A stretch of DNA of 64,000 nt from an uncultured Gammaproteobacteria bacterium. Its GTDB lineage: Bacteria > Pseudomonadota > Gammaproteobacteria > CAWCPV01. The stretch lies in the NCBI GenBank assembly GCA_963797555.1, contig CAWCPV010000009.1, positions 192,001 to 256,000 of the forward strand. The letters run 5' to 3'. Of this stretch, positions 30,452 to 41,877 are shown piece by piece. Within the stretch, counting starts at the first letter, position 1, and every line of letters starts with the position of its first letter. The position numbers and the translations under genes were made by a program. The notes under the pieces are model-generated. The model was not told where the DNA came from. It saw only the letters and a list, made by a program, of their open reading frames with translations, and did no database searches.

Positions 30452-33175
30452 ATGCAGTTCGTCCGCCACGGCCCCGACATCCCCGAGCGCCTGCTGCAGG
30501 CCCACGAGGACGGGCGCTTGGTGCTCTTCTGCGGCGCCGGCATCTCCTACCCGGCGGGCCTGCCCGGCTTCGACGGTCTGGTTCAGCGGCTGTTCGATGA
30601 CCTCGGCGAATCCCCCAATGCGGTACAGCAGGCGGCGATCAAGGCTCGGCAGTTCGACACCGCGATTGGCCTTTTAGAAGATAGGATCGTCGGCGGTCGC
30701 GAGACCGTGCGCCAAGTGCTAGCCGGCATCCTGACGCCGGACCTCAGTGCGCGGAATGCCACCGCAACCCACGAAGCCCTCTTGACCCTGGGCCGGGGCC
30801 GCGAGGGCCGCACCCGGCTGATCACCACCAACTTCGACCGTCTGTTCGAGGCCGTGATCGAGCGCGATGGTCTTGCGGTGCAGCGTTTTCACGCTCCGCT
30901 GCTACCGGTGCCGAAGAACCGGTGGGATGGCCTGGTCTACCTGCACGGGCTGTTGACAGCCCATCCGACCGCCAGCGAACTGGATTCGCTGGTGGTTTCC
31001 AGCGGCGACTTCGGCCTCGCCTACCTCAGCGAGCGCTGGGCAGCGCGTTTCGTCAGCGAGCTGTTTCGGAGCTACACCGTGTGCTTCGTTGGCTACAGCA
31101 TCAACGACCCGGTGCTGCGCTACATGATGGATGCGCTCGCCGCTGACCGCCTGCTGGGCGAGGCGCCGCCGGAAACGTATGCCTTCGGCAGTTGCTCCAG
31201 GGGCAAAGAGGAGGAACGCGCCAACGAGTGGCGCGCGAAGAACGTCACGCCCATCCTCTACCGCGAGCACAACAGCCACGCCTATCTGCACAAGACTTTG
31301 CACGCCTGGGCGGATACCTACCGCGATGGCGTCCGGGGCAAGGAACGCATCGTCGTCGAGTACGCCATGGCTCGGCCCCTGGCGAGCACGCAGCAGGACG
31401 ATTTCATCGGCCGCCTGCTCTGGGCGTTGAGCGACCCTCTTGGTCTGCCTGCGAAACGCTTTGCCGAGCTGGACCCCGTGCCATCACTCGATTGGCTGGA
31501 GCCTTTGAGCGAGGACCGCTACCGCCAGGCCGACCTGGCCTGTTTCGGCGTGCCGCCCAAGGCGGTACGCGCAGACGATCTCTCGTTCAGCCTTACCCGC
31601 AGGCCGTCGCCCTACGAAATGGCCCCGTGGATGGCGCTCGTTGACGCCGGGGCGCGCAGCACCCGCTGGGACGAGGTGCTGCGCCAGCTCGCGCGCTGGC
31701 TGATTCGACATCTCGATGACCCGGTTCTGCTGCTATGGCTCGCGAAGCGCGGCGGCCAGTTGCATGACGAGCTGGCTTGGTGGATCGAGCACCGCCTAGA
31801 AGAATTGGTCAAGCTCGAACGTAATGGCAATTCAGACGCGCTGAGCCGCATCCGTGCTGGCGCCCCCAATGCCATCCCGCGCCCGATGATGCGGACCCTG
31901 TGGCGGGTGCTGCTGACGGGACGAGTCAAATCGCCGGTGCGTGTCTTCGACCTTTACCGTTGGTGGGAACGCTTCGTTCGCGACGGCCTCACGGCCACCT
32001 TGCGGCTGGAACTGCGGGAAACGCTTACGCCGCGGGTATCACTGCGCGAACCCTTCCGATGGTCAGAGGAAGATGGCGACACCGGCGCACCGCAGCGAGT
32101 GAAGGACCTCGTCGACTGGGAAGTCGTACTGTCCGCGGGTCACGTACATTCCGCCCTGCGCGATTTGCCCAAAGATCAACGCTGGACCGAGGCACTGCCG
32201 GTGCTGCTGTCCGACTTCAGCGCGCTGCTGCGCGATGCACTCGACTTGATGCGGGAACTCGGTGGCGTTGACGACAGAAGCGATCTCTCCTACATGCATC
32301 GGCCTTCGATCAGCAGACACCCGCAGAACACCGACCTCCGCGACTGGACAGCGCTGATCGACCTCACCCGCGATGCCTGGCTCGCCACGGCAGCGCAATC
32401 GCCAGAGCGGGCTCGTCTCGCGGCAGAAGCCTGGTGGCAGGCGCCGTACCCGCTGTTTCGGCGTATGGCCTTCTTCGCTGCGTCCCAGGAACACATCATG
32501 CCCTCGCGCCGCGCGCTCGACTGGTTGCTGGCCGACGAGCACTGGTGGTTATGGTCGGTGGAAACCGAACGGGAGGCCATGCGTTTGCTCACCGCCCTGG
32601 CACCGAAACTGGACGAGCCCGGCCTGTCGGAACTCGAACAGGCCGTCCTCGCCGGACCGCCGCGCGCCATGTTCAAGGACGACATCGAACCTGAGCGCTG
32701 GACCTGGATCGTCGAGCGCGAGATTTGGTTGCGGCTGGCGAAGATGGCCCGATCCGGCGCGATTCTCGGCACGACCGGTAAGGAGCGGCTCGACGATCTT
32801 TCCGCTAGGTATCCGCAGTGGCAGATCGCCGCCGACGAGCGCGATGAGTTTCCGATTTGGTCGGAAGGTGGCTGGGTAGGCGACCGGGACCCTTGGCGCA
32901 CTTTCGTGCCGACGCCGCGTAGTAGACGTGGCTTGTTGAACTACCTGCTTGAGCATCCTGAACTGGAAGATTCGAAGCAGGACGACTGGGGGAAGCGGTG
33001 TCGCGACAACTTCCAGGCAACTGCCTACGCCTTGTGTCGCCTGGCAAGGCAAGGTGTCTGGCCGACCGACCGCTGCATGCCTGGTCGGAGGACAGGCTGA
33101 TCAAACGGTCGTGGCGCTATATGGCGCCCGTGCTGGCCAATGCGCCGCATGAGTTGCTGCAACCGCTCGCCGGCG
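30452..33175 (+). pseudogene. Defence-associated sirtuin (Dsr1-like SIR2), C-terminally frameshifted and truncated
   Basis: MQFVRHGPDIPERLLQAHEDG, FCGAGIS, TTNFD, YLHG and FVGYSINDP motifs; the frame shifts near 33070 and the continuation runs into a convergent gene. Confidence 0.8.
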
Positions 33176-33519
33176 GGCCAAGCGTTCGCGGTACGCCAAA
33201 CGGGCAGCCCCTCGAAGGCTGCGAATCTGCCGCCGGATCTGTCCTTCCGGCGTGCGAAACTCATCCAGCGCTGCAAACTCTCCCTTACTGGCGAAGAACA
33301 TCGCCTCGCCCTGCTTGTGCACGAGGATAGCGTCGTCTGGGCCGCCGATTGACGAGACATCCTCGACGACTCGCCGTGCCTCTGGAAACGACCGACGGGA
33401 TTGTTCGACCGCTAGCCGTGCGACGTAGTACGGATCTGTACCGCCTTCGTCCACAGTCCGGGCCACGTCAATCAGACGAACATCCGTAGCGGAGCCCACG
33501 TCTGGCATGACCCATGTCG

Positions 33520-34854
33520 TTATACACATCTCGGGCTCTGTGAGGCCCGTTGTGCGTCCATGGCGAGCACGAAGTCGCGGGTTCGCTGCAGCCCGATCCA
33601 CAGGCTTTGCGGACCCGGGAAGCCGTCGCCCTTGCGATTGAGGAAGCCGCCGAAGCTCGCCACCATACGCACCATCGCATCGAGCGAGGGGGGTGTCTCA
33701 GGCGGGGGCTGGCGCTTGGTGACGATATACACCGCGCGCCATTCCTCCTCGGCGAACACCACGTTGCAGGGCATCTGCGGGCAGTCGCGCCCGAGCAGGG
33801 TGAGGTAGAGCACCCGCCAGGCGATGATGAGGTAGAAGGCGAGCGCGGGCTCCAGGCGTTCGAGGGTCTCGAGCTGCAGCTTCTCGATGCGGCAGCCGCT
33901 TTTGAGGATCTTGAAGAACACCTCGATTTGCCACCGGCAGAGGTACCATTGGAGCTTCTCCAGGGCCTGCTCGGCGGTCTCGACGGGGAGGCTGGTGAGG
34001 AGCAGCCACTCGATGGGCTCCTCGCCCTGGGGCGGGTCCACCTCGCGGGCCAGCACGGCGCTCACCTCGATGTCCGCCAGGGTGCGGTCCGAGCGATGCG
34101 GGGCCTTGAAAGTGAGGCGTGCGACGCGCAGTTGCTGGTGGATGCGCCGCGCCGGACGCCTAGCGGTGGCGGGCAGGTCGAATTCGGCCTCGGCCAGCAC
34201 CGGCGCGCTTGCGAGCCGGGCGCGCTCGGCGCGGATGAGCCACTCGGCGCAGGGCTGCGTGGCGGCGCGTTCCGCGAGCACCTCGTAGATGTCGGCCTCG
34301 CGGTCGGCGACATAGACCAACTGGGTCTCGGGCAGGGACTCGATGAGCTCCGAGACGCGTCGATAACCCTCCAGCCAGCGCAGGCTCTCTTTTTCCTCGA
34401 TGGGCCGGCGGCCCTGCTCCTTGCCCAGACTGCCCGCCTCGCGGGTCCAGCTCCATAGATCCAATAGCCCCAAGGGCACCCGCTCGGGGGTCACGGCGAG
34501 GGTGGGGTGCAGGTACAATCCACGGCGGGTCTCGTAGTTGAGCGGGCCCAGCCCGACGATGTCGTTCTTGCCGCTATAGTCCCCTTCCGTGGTGTCTTGG
34601 ATGCACAGCACCACCGAGTATTCGCGCATACGCTGCTCGGTGCAGGCGTAATGGGGCTCGAGCACCGCCTGGGCGGTGACCTGGGGATGGTCGAACAGCC
34701 GATAAGCCGCCAAGGTCTCGGCCCAGCCGCCACAGGCGGTGGGAATGCTCTGCATGGGATGGGCTCCCAGCTTCTCCAGGGTGCGTCGCGCCCGGCGGTT
34801 GAGGCGCGCATCACCCAAGTCGATGGCGGCCAGCTCCTCGGCCAGGGCATTCAT
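33520..34854 (-). CDS. IS4 family Tn5-like transposase
   Basis: LGDARL, IQDTT, VADREAD and WYLCRWQIEVFFKILKSGC motifs. Confidence 0.93.
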   Translation of the reverse strand: MNALAEELAAIDLGDARLNRRARRTLEKLGAHPMQSIPTACGGWAETLAAYRLFDHPQVTAQAVLEPHYACTEQRMREYSVVLCIQDTTEGDYSGKNDIVGLGPLNYETRRGLYLHPTLAVTPERVPLGLLDLWSWTREAGSLGKEQGRRPIEEKESLRWLEGYRRVSELIESLPETQLVYVADREADIYEVLAERAATQPCAEWLIRAERARLASAPVLAEAEFDLPATARRPARRIHQQLRVARLTFKAPHRSDRTLADIEVSAVLAREVDPPQGEEPIEWLLLTSLPVETAEQALEKLQWYLCRWQIEVFFKILKSGCRIEKLQLETLERLEPALAFYLIIAWRVLYLTLLGRDCPQMPCNVVFAEEEWRAVYIVTKRQPPPETPPSLDAMVRMVASFGGFLNRKGDGFPGPQSLWIGLQRTRDFVLAMDAQRASQSPRCV

Positions 34855-35723
34855 GCGGCTCCCCCGAGCGCCCGGCGAAAGCGGCCATCGAGCGGATACA
34901 CATAGACATCCTTGATGGGCAGCGCCTCACGGTCGAGCTTGCCCCGCCCGGTGGTCTGCCCCAGATGATGCCAGTTGGCCGCCCGGTAGCAGGTGCCCGC
35001 GAACCGGCCGGCCTCGACAAAGGTCTCCAGCAGCACCGGGCGTACCCCGTAGCGCTCTTCGAACTCGCCCGGCACCTGCCGCGCGGCCCGCCCGAGGACC
35101 TTGGAGGCCAGGTTCGCCACCCGCACCCACGGCAGAATGAGAAACCGCGCATGGTTCAGCACCTGCCCCAGGTGCTGCGCACGGCTTGGCGCATCCCAGC
35201 CAATCCAGCGGTCGCGCACGCCCACCTTCCAGGCCGCGGCCCCGAAGCCCATGGCCCCCACCACACCCCCGTCCCAGCGAATCAGATAGCGCAGCTGGGC
35301 ACCGGGCAGCGGCCGGTAGCCCAAATAATGGTACCGGTCGATGAGCCCATTCCACAGCGCCGAGTCCGCCGGGTCAGCAACCGGCGCCAAGTGCAGACCC
35401 TGCAAATCCCGCACTGCGCCCACCACCGGTACCTCAGCGGGCCAATCTTGCGGCTCGCGCGACAGCCCCTTCCCATTGCCGTTACCGTTGCGCGGCGCCG
35501 GCAGCTCGATCCAGCCTGCCCGATGCAGCCGCAGCAGCCCGACTCGACAGCTCATCAGCTTGGGCCTACCGGCTGCATCGGTCCACCCCAGCACCCGACA
35601 CACCCGCCGCGCCACCTCGGCTCGCACTCGGGGCTCCGCCAGCCAAGCCTCCCGCCGTATGCTCTCAAGCTCCCCCGCGCTCAGCACGCGCCCACCCAAC
35701 CACCTCGGCAACCCCTTCTCCAT
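34851..35723 (-). CDS. DUF4338 (DruA-like domain) protein
   Basis: HYLGY, RDRWIGW, RFLILPWV, LLETFVE and GTCYRAANW motifs. Confidence 0.88.
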   Translation of the reverse strand: MEKGLPRWLGGRVLSAGELESIRREAWLAEPRVRAEVARRVCRVLGWTDAAGRPKLMSCRVGLLRLHRAGWIELPAPRNGNGNGKGLSREPQDWPAEVPVVGAVRDLQGLHLAPVADPADSALWNGLIDRYHYLGYRPLPGAQLRYLIRWDGGVVGAMGFGAAAWKVGVRDRWIGWDAPSRAQHLGQVLNHARFLILPWVRVANLASKVLGRAARQVPGEFEERYGVRPVLLETFVEAGRFAGTCYRAANWHHLGQTTGRGKLDREALPIKDVYVYPLDGRFRRALGGAA

Positions 35724-35886
35724 CTGCTCCCCCTCGTCACCTGGTGAACGATGGGGGCATTGAATCAGCTTCCGGGGGCTGTGTCCAGAGGGGCAGCAGC
35801 CCTAGCTACGGGGAGATGTGTATAACGCCATGGGCATGACCCCGTGTCCAGCGTGAATATTGGAGTAGCCCCGTAGCGGACGGGGC

Positions 35887-36699
35887 TCAGTCATGTTGGC
35901 CCCAAAGCTCTCTACGAGCCTCGTCGCTCGTTAGGTCCTCGAATCCGCGCACAATCCATTCGTGCGCGTGTGAAAACCAGTGCTCCATGTGATCCAGGGG
36001 CGCGTCGGCCGGCAGGCCACGAGCCGATAATTCGAGAACGAGGAACTGCTTGTCGTCTCTGACACGCCGTGCCGGGCTAAGCTTGACTGATAGCCCGCCC
36101 GGTTGCTCCTGGAACGCGAATCGGGCTTGCCAGCTCATCATGGAAGGATGCGGGAGAAAGCGGTCGCGTCGATCCTGCCACTCGATCTGGTTTATCACTC
36201 TCCCCAATTGTTCGGGGAACTTCCAACCGTTTTGCTCGAGAACGTGGTTGATATACGTGAGTTCATACTCGAGGACTTCCGTGTCTCCCAGCTCCTGCCG
36301 CGCAACGAAACTTCGGAAGTCGCGAAAAAGCCCGAAAAAAGTTCTCGACAGCATCTTATAGCGTGGGTATGAGCCGCTGTCCTTGCGATGTCGCCAATTG
36401 AAGAGAAAGCGACCGGGCTGTAGCTGAATCAGGCGATCATCCTCGCTAGCTATGAGCCAAACTCGCGGAAGTGGGATGCCGGTGGCGGCATCTACGAAGT
36501 CGGTGTCGCCGATCGGTGGTGCGTGCTCACACCGAGGGAAGGCACCCATCACCTGATGCCAGAAGGCCCCGACATGCGGAATCATCCAGTCCTTCAATGG
36601 CGCGAACTTCACGCCGAATACGACCTCGATGAGAGGCGGGCGCGCGTAATCTGCGAGATTACCCTTGTGTGCCCGGGGCTTAGCCACTGGTCTAGCCAT
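35887..36699 (-). CDS. TIGR04255 family protein
   Basis: PPLIEVVFGVKF, PRVWLI, LIQLQ..RFLFNW, YPRY and ELTYINH motifs. Confidence 0.75.
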   Translation of the reverse strand: MARPVAKPRAHKGNLADYARPPLIEVVFGVKFAPLKDWMIPHVGAFWHQVMGAFPRCEHAPPIGDTDFVDAATGIPLPRVWLIASEDDRLIQLQPGRFLFNWRHRKDSGSYPRYKMLSRTFFGLFRDFRSFVARQELGDTEVLEYELTYINHVLEQNGWKFPEQLGRVINQIEWQDRRDRFLPHPSMMSWQARFAFQEQPGGLSVKLSPARRVRDDKQFLVLELSARGLPADAPLDHMEHWFSHAHEWIVRGFEDLTSDEARRELWGQHD

Positions 36700-37233
36700 G
36701 AGAATGCCAAGAATCCAGACGCTCCGGCCACATTGGACCACGGACAGCCATTGAAGTCGACAGGAATTTCGACGGGACTGCTGCAAAAACAACTCAACTG
36801 TGAGGCGGGGACCATTCAGAGGGCGGTCGAGTGGATCGGACCCGCAGGAGAGACACCGCGTGAGCGACTGAGCGCAAACTAAACCATGCGAACCTGGGCG
36901 GCTGCGGGCGACCGCTGGGATAGCGGGAGTTTCCGGAGTTAGGACCTTGCGATCACACGTACCAGAAGCCACAGAGGATTGCTGCCGGCGCGCCCTACAT
37001 CCCTTTCCCGGACACCCCGGTCCGGGCCAGATACTGCGCGGTGCGCTCTTCCGTGCGCTCAGTCGTCAGGTACACGCCGCGCCTGCCGGTGTGAAAGGCG
37101 CGGACGGGTCAAGTCTTGCGATCGCACATACCGAAGCACTCGCCTCTTGCCTTTTCACGCCGCGGCATCTGGTGCGGGGCGACCAGCGACCGCCACGTCA
37201 ACTGCGAGCGAGCCGGCACACAGCCGCGGCGCA

Positions 37234-37470
37234 TTAGCGACCTCGGCCGGAGCGTTTGGTTAGGCCAACTGACCTCCGTGCCACCTCGATGAGCGAACGA
37301 AGGGCCTCATTGACTGCTTCTTCCGTTGGAAACGCCTCAGACACATCGGGAGTCAGCAGGACCAGATTGGTTCCTGACCGATATGCCTCCAGGTACTTGC
37401 CTCGGACACCCTCTCCAAGGTCCTCGCGCCGGTATTCATGGCGCAGCTCATCGGGCTTAGCCTTCTTCAT
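37234..37470 (-). CDS. Antitoxin partner of BrnT (BrnA-like)
   Basis: DELRHEY...GVRGKY...LTPDVSEAFPTEEAVNEALRSLI. Confidence 0.75.
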   Translation of the reverse strand: MKKAKPDELRHEYRREDLGEGVRGKYLEAYRSGTNLVLLTPDVSEAFPTEEAVNEALRSLIEVARRSVGLTKRSGRGR

Positions 37471-37729
37471 AGATTTTCCGCTCCTGCGGCGTCATGACGC
37501 GGGCACTGATGATCCTGATCCTATCGCCGTCGGCGGCGTGAGAGACCACCAATAGTCGGCTTAATCGCGATACCCCGAAGGTAATGGACCGATCCTCCGC
37601 GATTGAATGATCGGGATCGGAAAAGGTGATAGCCAGAGGATCGCCGAAAACTGTTGCGGCCTCCTCGAAAGTAACACCATGCTTCCGTTCATATACGCGG
37701 GCTTTTCTCTTGTCCCAGTCAAAGTTCAT
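37457..37729 (-). CDS. brnT: BrnT family toxin
   Basis: FDWDKRK...KHGVTFEEAATVF...IRIISAR. Confidence 0.88.
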   Translation of the reverse strand: MNFDWDKRKARVYERKHGVTFEEAATVFGDPLAITFSDPDHSIAEDRSITFGVSRLSRLLVVSHAADGDRIRIISARVMTPQERKIYEEG

Positions 37730-37817
37730 CGGGCTCCGTCCAACGACGCCAAGACACCGAGCCGCAGGCTCGGTCGGCGCCTTCCGGGTTGCCATAGGCC
37801 ATGGATCCCTGTGCGCC

Positions 37818-38928
37818 CTACATCCCTTTCCCGGACACCCCGGTCCGGGCCAGATACTGCGCGGTGCGCTCTTCCGTGCGCTCAGTCGTCAGGTACACGC
37901 CGCGCCTGCCGGTGTGCAGCAGCACGCCAGAGATGAGCCAGTTCTGGATCATGTAGTGGGGGATACCGCGGGCGGTGAGCTGGCGGGCCGTAACGGTCTG
38001 ACCGCGGGAGCGGCCTCCCCGTGGGCTTTGCTTCGCGGCCGGCGAGGCAGCGGCCGGCGTCTGGACCGTCGCCCGCGCAGACCGGCGGGCCTTGCGGCCG
38101 ACCGGTTCCGCGGGAGCCGGAGGCTTCGTGGCGGCGCGAGACTTGTCGGCCGCCAGCGACGGACCCGCAATCGGGGCGTCGTCCAGCTCGATGCCGAACA
38201 GGCTCCCGAGGTCCTGGGTCTCCAGCCGCTGCTCCGCTCTCAGGGCGGACTCGCCGTCCGCCACAGGCACGCTCCCCGCCTGGCGGATCAGCTCCTGCGG
38301 GTCCACGTGGCGCAGCAGGAACAGCAGGTCCGGCTGGCCGTCGAGGCGGCTGCCGACGCCGTAAAGCGCCGCCGCCACGTGTTTGCAGAGATACGCCCCG
38401 TCCGGACAGGTGCAGTCGAAGCGGATTCTGTTTCGGGGTCGGGAACAGGCCCGCGCCGGGGCGGGTGACCACCTCCATGACCGCCTTCGAGAGACGGCCC
38501 TGCAGCAGCTCGACCAGAGAGTCGATCTTGCCGGCGCACTCCCCGAGGACGCCCTCCCACAGCCGGGGCTCCAGCGCCTCGACCCCCATCTCCACCCGGT
38601 AGACCTCGGAGCCCGAGACCAGGGCGCTGACCTTGCCCTGCGCAATCTGCAGGTCGATGACGGCGCCGCTTCGCACGTAGGTGCGCCCGCGCGGCAGGCG
38701 GTTCTCGAAGTCGCTGTAAATTTCGAGGTTCTGGCACCAGGCCTTGCCCCAGAAGCTGCGGGCGATGGTCCGGCCCTCGATCGCGACCGGCTGACAGGCG
38801 CGGCCCTGCTTTCTGAGCGCCGCGACCTTGCGTTCGGCCTGATGGCGCCTCGCCGCGACCGGGACGTAGGGCGCCCAGCCGCTGTATCCATAGTCGTTGC
38901 GATAACGGCTCCCGCGCCGTCTGCTCAA
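37818..38928 (-). CDS. SWIM zinc finger protein, frameshift near 38430
   Basis: WGKAWCQNLE and RLPRGRTYVR in one frame; CTCPD...CKHVAAALY in another. Confidence 0.82.
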
Positions 38929-38947
38929 GTTTCCACCTCCCGTTCTC

Positions 38948-41650
38948 TCACGTCTCTTCGACGGCGCTGCGAATGTCGAGCGATACCAGCCGCAGCAGAT
39001 CTTCGTTGCTCATCTCGGTCAGCAGGACCTCGCCCCCGCCCTCTACGACTTGCCGGGAGAGATCCAGCTTGGACTCGATCAGGGCGTCGATGCGCTCTTC
39101 CACCGTACCACGGCACACGAACCTGTGCACCAGCACGTTCTTGTGCTGGCCGATGCGGTAGGCGCGGTCGGTCGCCTGGTTCTCCACCGCCGGGTTCCAC
39201 CAGCGGTCGAAGTGGATGACGTGGGAGGCCGCGGTGAGGTTGAGCCCGGTACCGCCCGCCTTGAGCGACAGCACGAAGAAGGGCGGTCCGTGGTCGCGCT
39301 GGAACTGCTCGACCAAGGACTTGCGGGCCTTCACGGGGGTGGCGCCGTGCAGCACGAGGCCAGGCCGGCCGAACACGCTTCCCAGGAAATCGGCCAGCGG
39401 CGCGGTCAGCTCCTGGAACTGGGTGAACACCAGCACCTTCTCCTGGCGCTCCGCCATCTCCTCGGCGAGGCTCGCGCAGGCGCAGGAACTTGCCGCTGTC
39501 CTCGGGCGCATAGGCGCCGTCGCCCAGCCACTGCGAGGGATGGTTGCAGATCTGCTTGAGCCGCATGAGGAAGGCGAGCACCGTCCCGCGCCGCTCAATG
39601 CCGTCCAGGCTTTCGATACGCCGGGCCAGGTCCTGCACCGACTCCTGATACTGCGCCGCCTGGACGCGGCTGAGCGCGCAGTACGCCTTCAGCTCGGTCT
39701 TGTCCGGCAGGTCCGCGATGATGCGCCGGTCGCTCTTCAGGCGCCGCAGGATGTAGGGCCGCACCAGGTTGCGCAGCGGGGTGTAGCCTGCATGCTCGTC
39801 CTGCGCGAGCCGCCGGGTGAAGCGGCTGAAGGCCGGGGCGGAACCGAGCAGGCCCGGACAGATGAAGTCGAACAGCGACCACAGGTCGCCGAGCCGGTTC
39901 TCCACCGGCGTGCCGGTGAGCGCCAGGCGCGCCCGGCTCTTCAAGGCCTTGACCGCGCGGGTCTGACGTGCCCCCGGGTTCTTGATCGCTTGGGCCTCGT
40001 CCAGCACCGCCAGCGACCAGCGCGCCTCGGCCATCCAGGGGAGCCGCGCGGCCGTCCCGTAGCTCGTGATCACGATGTCCACGCCGGCGAGCCGCTCGGG
40101 TGCGAGGGCCGCCAGCTCCTTGGCGGGCAGCGCCGAGGGATGGGCGACGAGCGTGCGCAGACCCGGCGCGAAGCGCGCGATCTCGCTCTCCCAGTTGGCG
40201 AGCAGGGACGCCGGCACCACCAGGAGGTGAGGACCGGCATCGCCCTCCCGCTTGAGCACCAGCAGCAGGGCGATCACCTGCAGCGTCTTACCGAGGCCCA
40301 TGTCGTCCGCGAGGCACCCGCCGAGCCCCAGGCGGTTCAGCCACCACAGCCAGCGCACCCCGTCCTGCTGGTAGGGGCGCAGGCGCGCCTGGAGGTCCGC
40401 TCCGGGGTCGGCGGCAGCCGGCGCACCGCGCAGGCCCTCCAGCACCCCGCTCAGCCACTCGCCAGGGACCGCCGCGGACCACTCGGCCGCCGCCTCCGGG
40501 AGCGCCGTCACGTCGTCGTTCTCGATGGCGGCCCCCGCGAGCAGCCGCATCCCCTCCAGGAAGGAGACACCGTCCCCGGCGGCACGCTGGACCTTCTTCC
40601 AGTGCTCCAGCACGGCGCCCAGTTTCTCCCGGTCCACCTCGACCCAGCGGCCCTTGAGCCGCACCAGGCCGTCTCCGGCGGCGAGCACCTGCTGCCACTC
40701 CGCCTCCGAGAGAGTCTCGCCGTCCAGCGCCAGCTCGACCCGGAAGTCCATGAGCGCATGCAGCCCGAGCCCCGCGGCCTGGTTGCCCAGGCTGATACGG
40801 ACTTGGGGCCGCGGGGGCTGGCGCGGCTTCCACCAGTCCGGGATGCGCACCACGATGCCGCTCGCCTCAAACGCCGGGACGTCCTTGAGGAACCGGTAGG
40901 CTTCGTGGGCAGTCCAGGCGAGCGGGTGGAAGATGGCGCCGGAGTCGACCAGGGCTTTCAGCCAGAGGGTCTGCCCGGCGGCCCGATTCACCGGCATCAG
41001 CAGCGAGAGCAGGGTACTGCGGTCGCCCGCGCCGGAATAGTCCTTGAGCGCCCGGCCGAGGGGCAAGTGCTGCACGCGCGCCTGCTGTGAGACGCGAGCG
41101 GCATAGGTGGCGAGGAAGGCGAAGGGAGCGCGCTCGTTGCCCTTGTTCTCGGCCAGGTGGAAGCAGACTCGGCCCACCAGGTTCCAGCTCGGGTGCTTGC
41201 CCTGGAGCCAGGCATGAACGCTCCCGCCCGCCTCGCGGATCTCTTCCCGCGCAGCCGCCTGCAGCTCGCCCCACCAGGCCTCGATGAGGGCGGCGTCGAC
41301 GTACTCGGCCCCGGTGAGGGGCGGCACCGCTGCGGCGAGCCGTTCCAGTTCCGTGAGCGGGACAGGAACCTCGGCCGTCGCCCACTGGCCCTCCAGATCC
41401 GGAATGGCGCAGAGCCGCGCCATGAAAAGCTGCGCCAGCTCCCGCCCGAAGGCGAGCGACGGCGGCAGGGCGCTGCCCGGCTCGACCGCGCCCAGGTGCA
41501 GCAGGCCATGGGCGCCGCCGCGCTCGAAGGCCCGGCGGGTGCGAGCGGCCACTGCCGGTGCGGGCAGGTCGGCATCACCCGCGACCGTCTCCAGATATGC
41601 CCGCCCTGCGGGGGATACCGCGAGCGCCAGGGCCGCGCAGGCAGCCTCGG
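38948..41650 (-). CDS. SNF2 family helicase, frameshift near 39475
   Basis: LADDMGLGKT, DEAQAIKN and TGTPVEN motifs; C-terminal SLKAGGTGLNLT and QATDRAYRIGQ in a second frame; start uncertain. Confidence 0.88.
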
Positions 41651-41877
41651 GCGTTGTCGGCTGTGGAATCAGCTCAGGCGGCGCCTCGCCCACGCACGAA
41701 CCTGCCGAATAGCAACCCCCAGCACGAGGCCGATCGCGGCGCGCGGCGTCGTCTGCTCGGAGAATGCGGCCACGGCGACGGGCGTCCTGAAAGGCCGGCT
41801 TCCGAGTGACGTCCAAGTACACCGGCGCCTTAGGCAGAAGCTCGATGATGACAAGGTCGTGTGCCTACCCGCCCAAG

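Larger units (their letters stand above)
33513..35832 (-). mobile_element. IS4 family (IS50/Tn5-like) element, 2320 bp, with DUF4338 passenger
   Basis: 19-bp IRs CATGTCGTTATACACATCT / CATGGCGTTATACACATCT; 9-bp TSD GGCATGACC at 33504-33512 and 33504's copy at 35833-35841. Confidence 0.93.
33101..35894 (-). pseudogene. Small hypothetical gene split by the IS4 element
   Basis: MTEPRPLRGYSNIHAGHGVMP (from 35894) joins DVGSATDVRL... in frame across the TSD; coupled to the TIGR04255 gene. Confidence 0.65.
36990..37916. repeat. 104-bp direct repeat (36990-37093 and 37813-37916)
   Basis: Identical copies of the SWIM gene 3' end flanking the BrnT module. Confidence 0.9.

Noticed and set aside
33513-33531. 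Nextera/Tn5 adapter contamination
   Set aside because: The ends differ from the mosaic end in their first bases, are paired, flank a transposase and have a 9-bp TSD
34851-35723. Druantia defence system
   Set aside because: Only a DUF4338 gene inside an IS; no DruE helicase or other Dru genes are present
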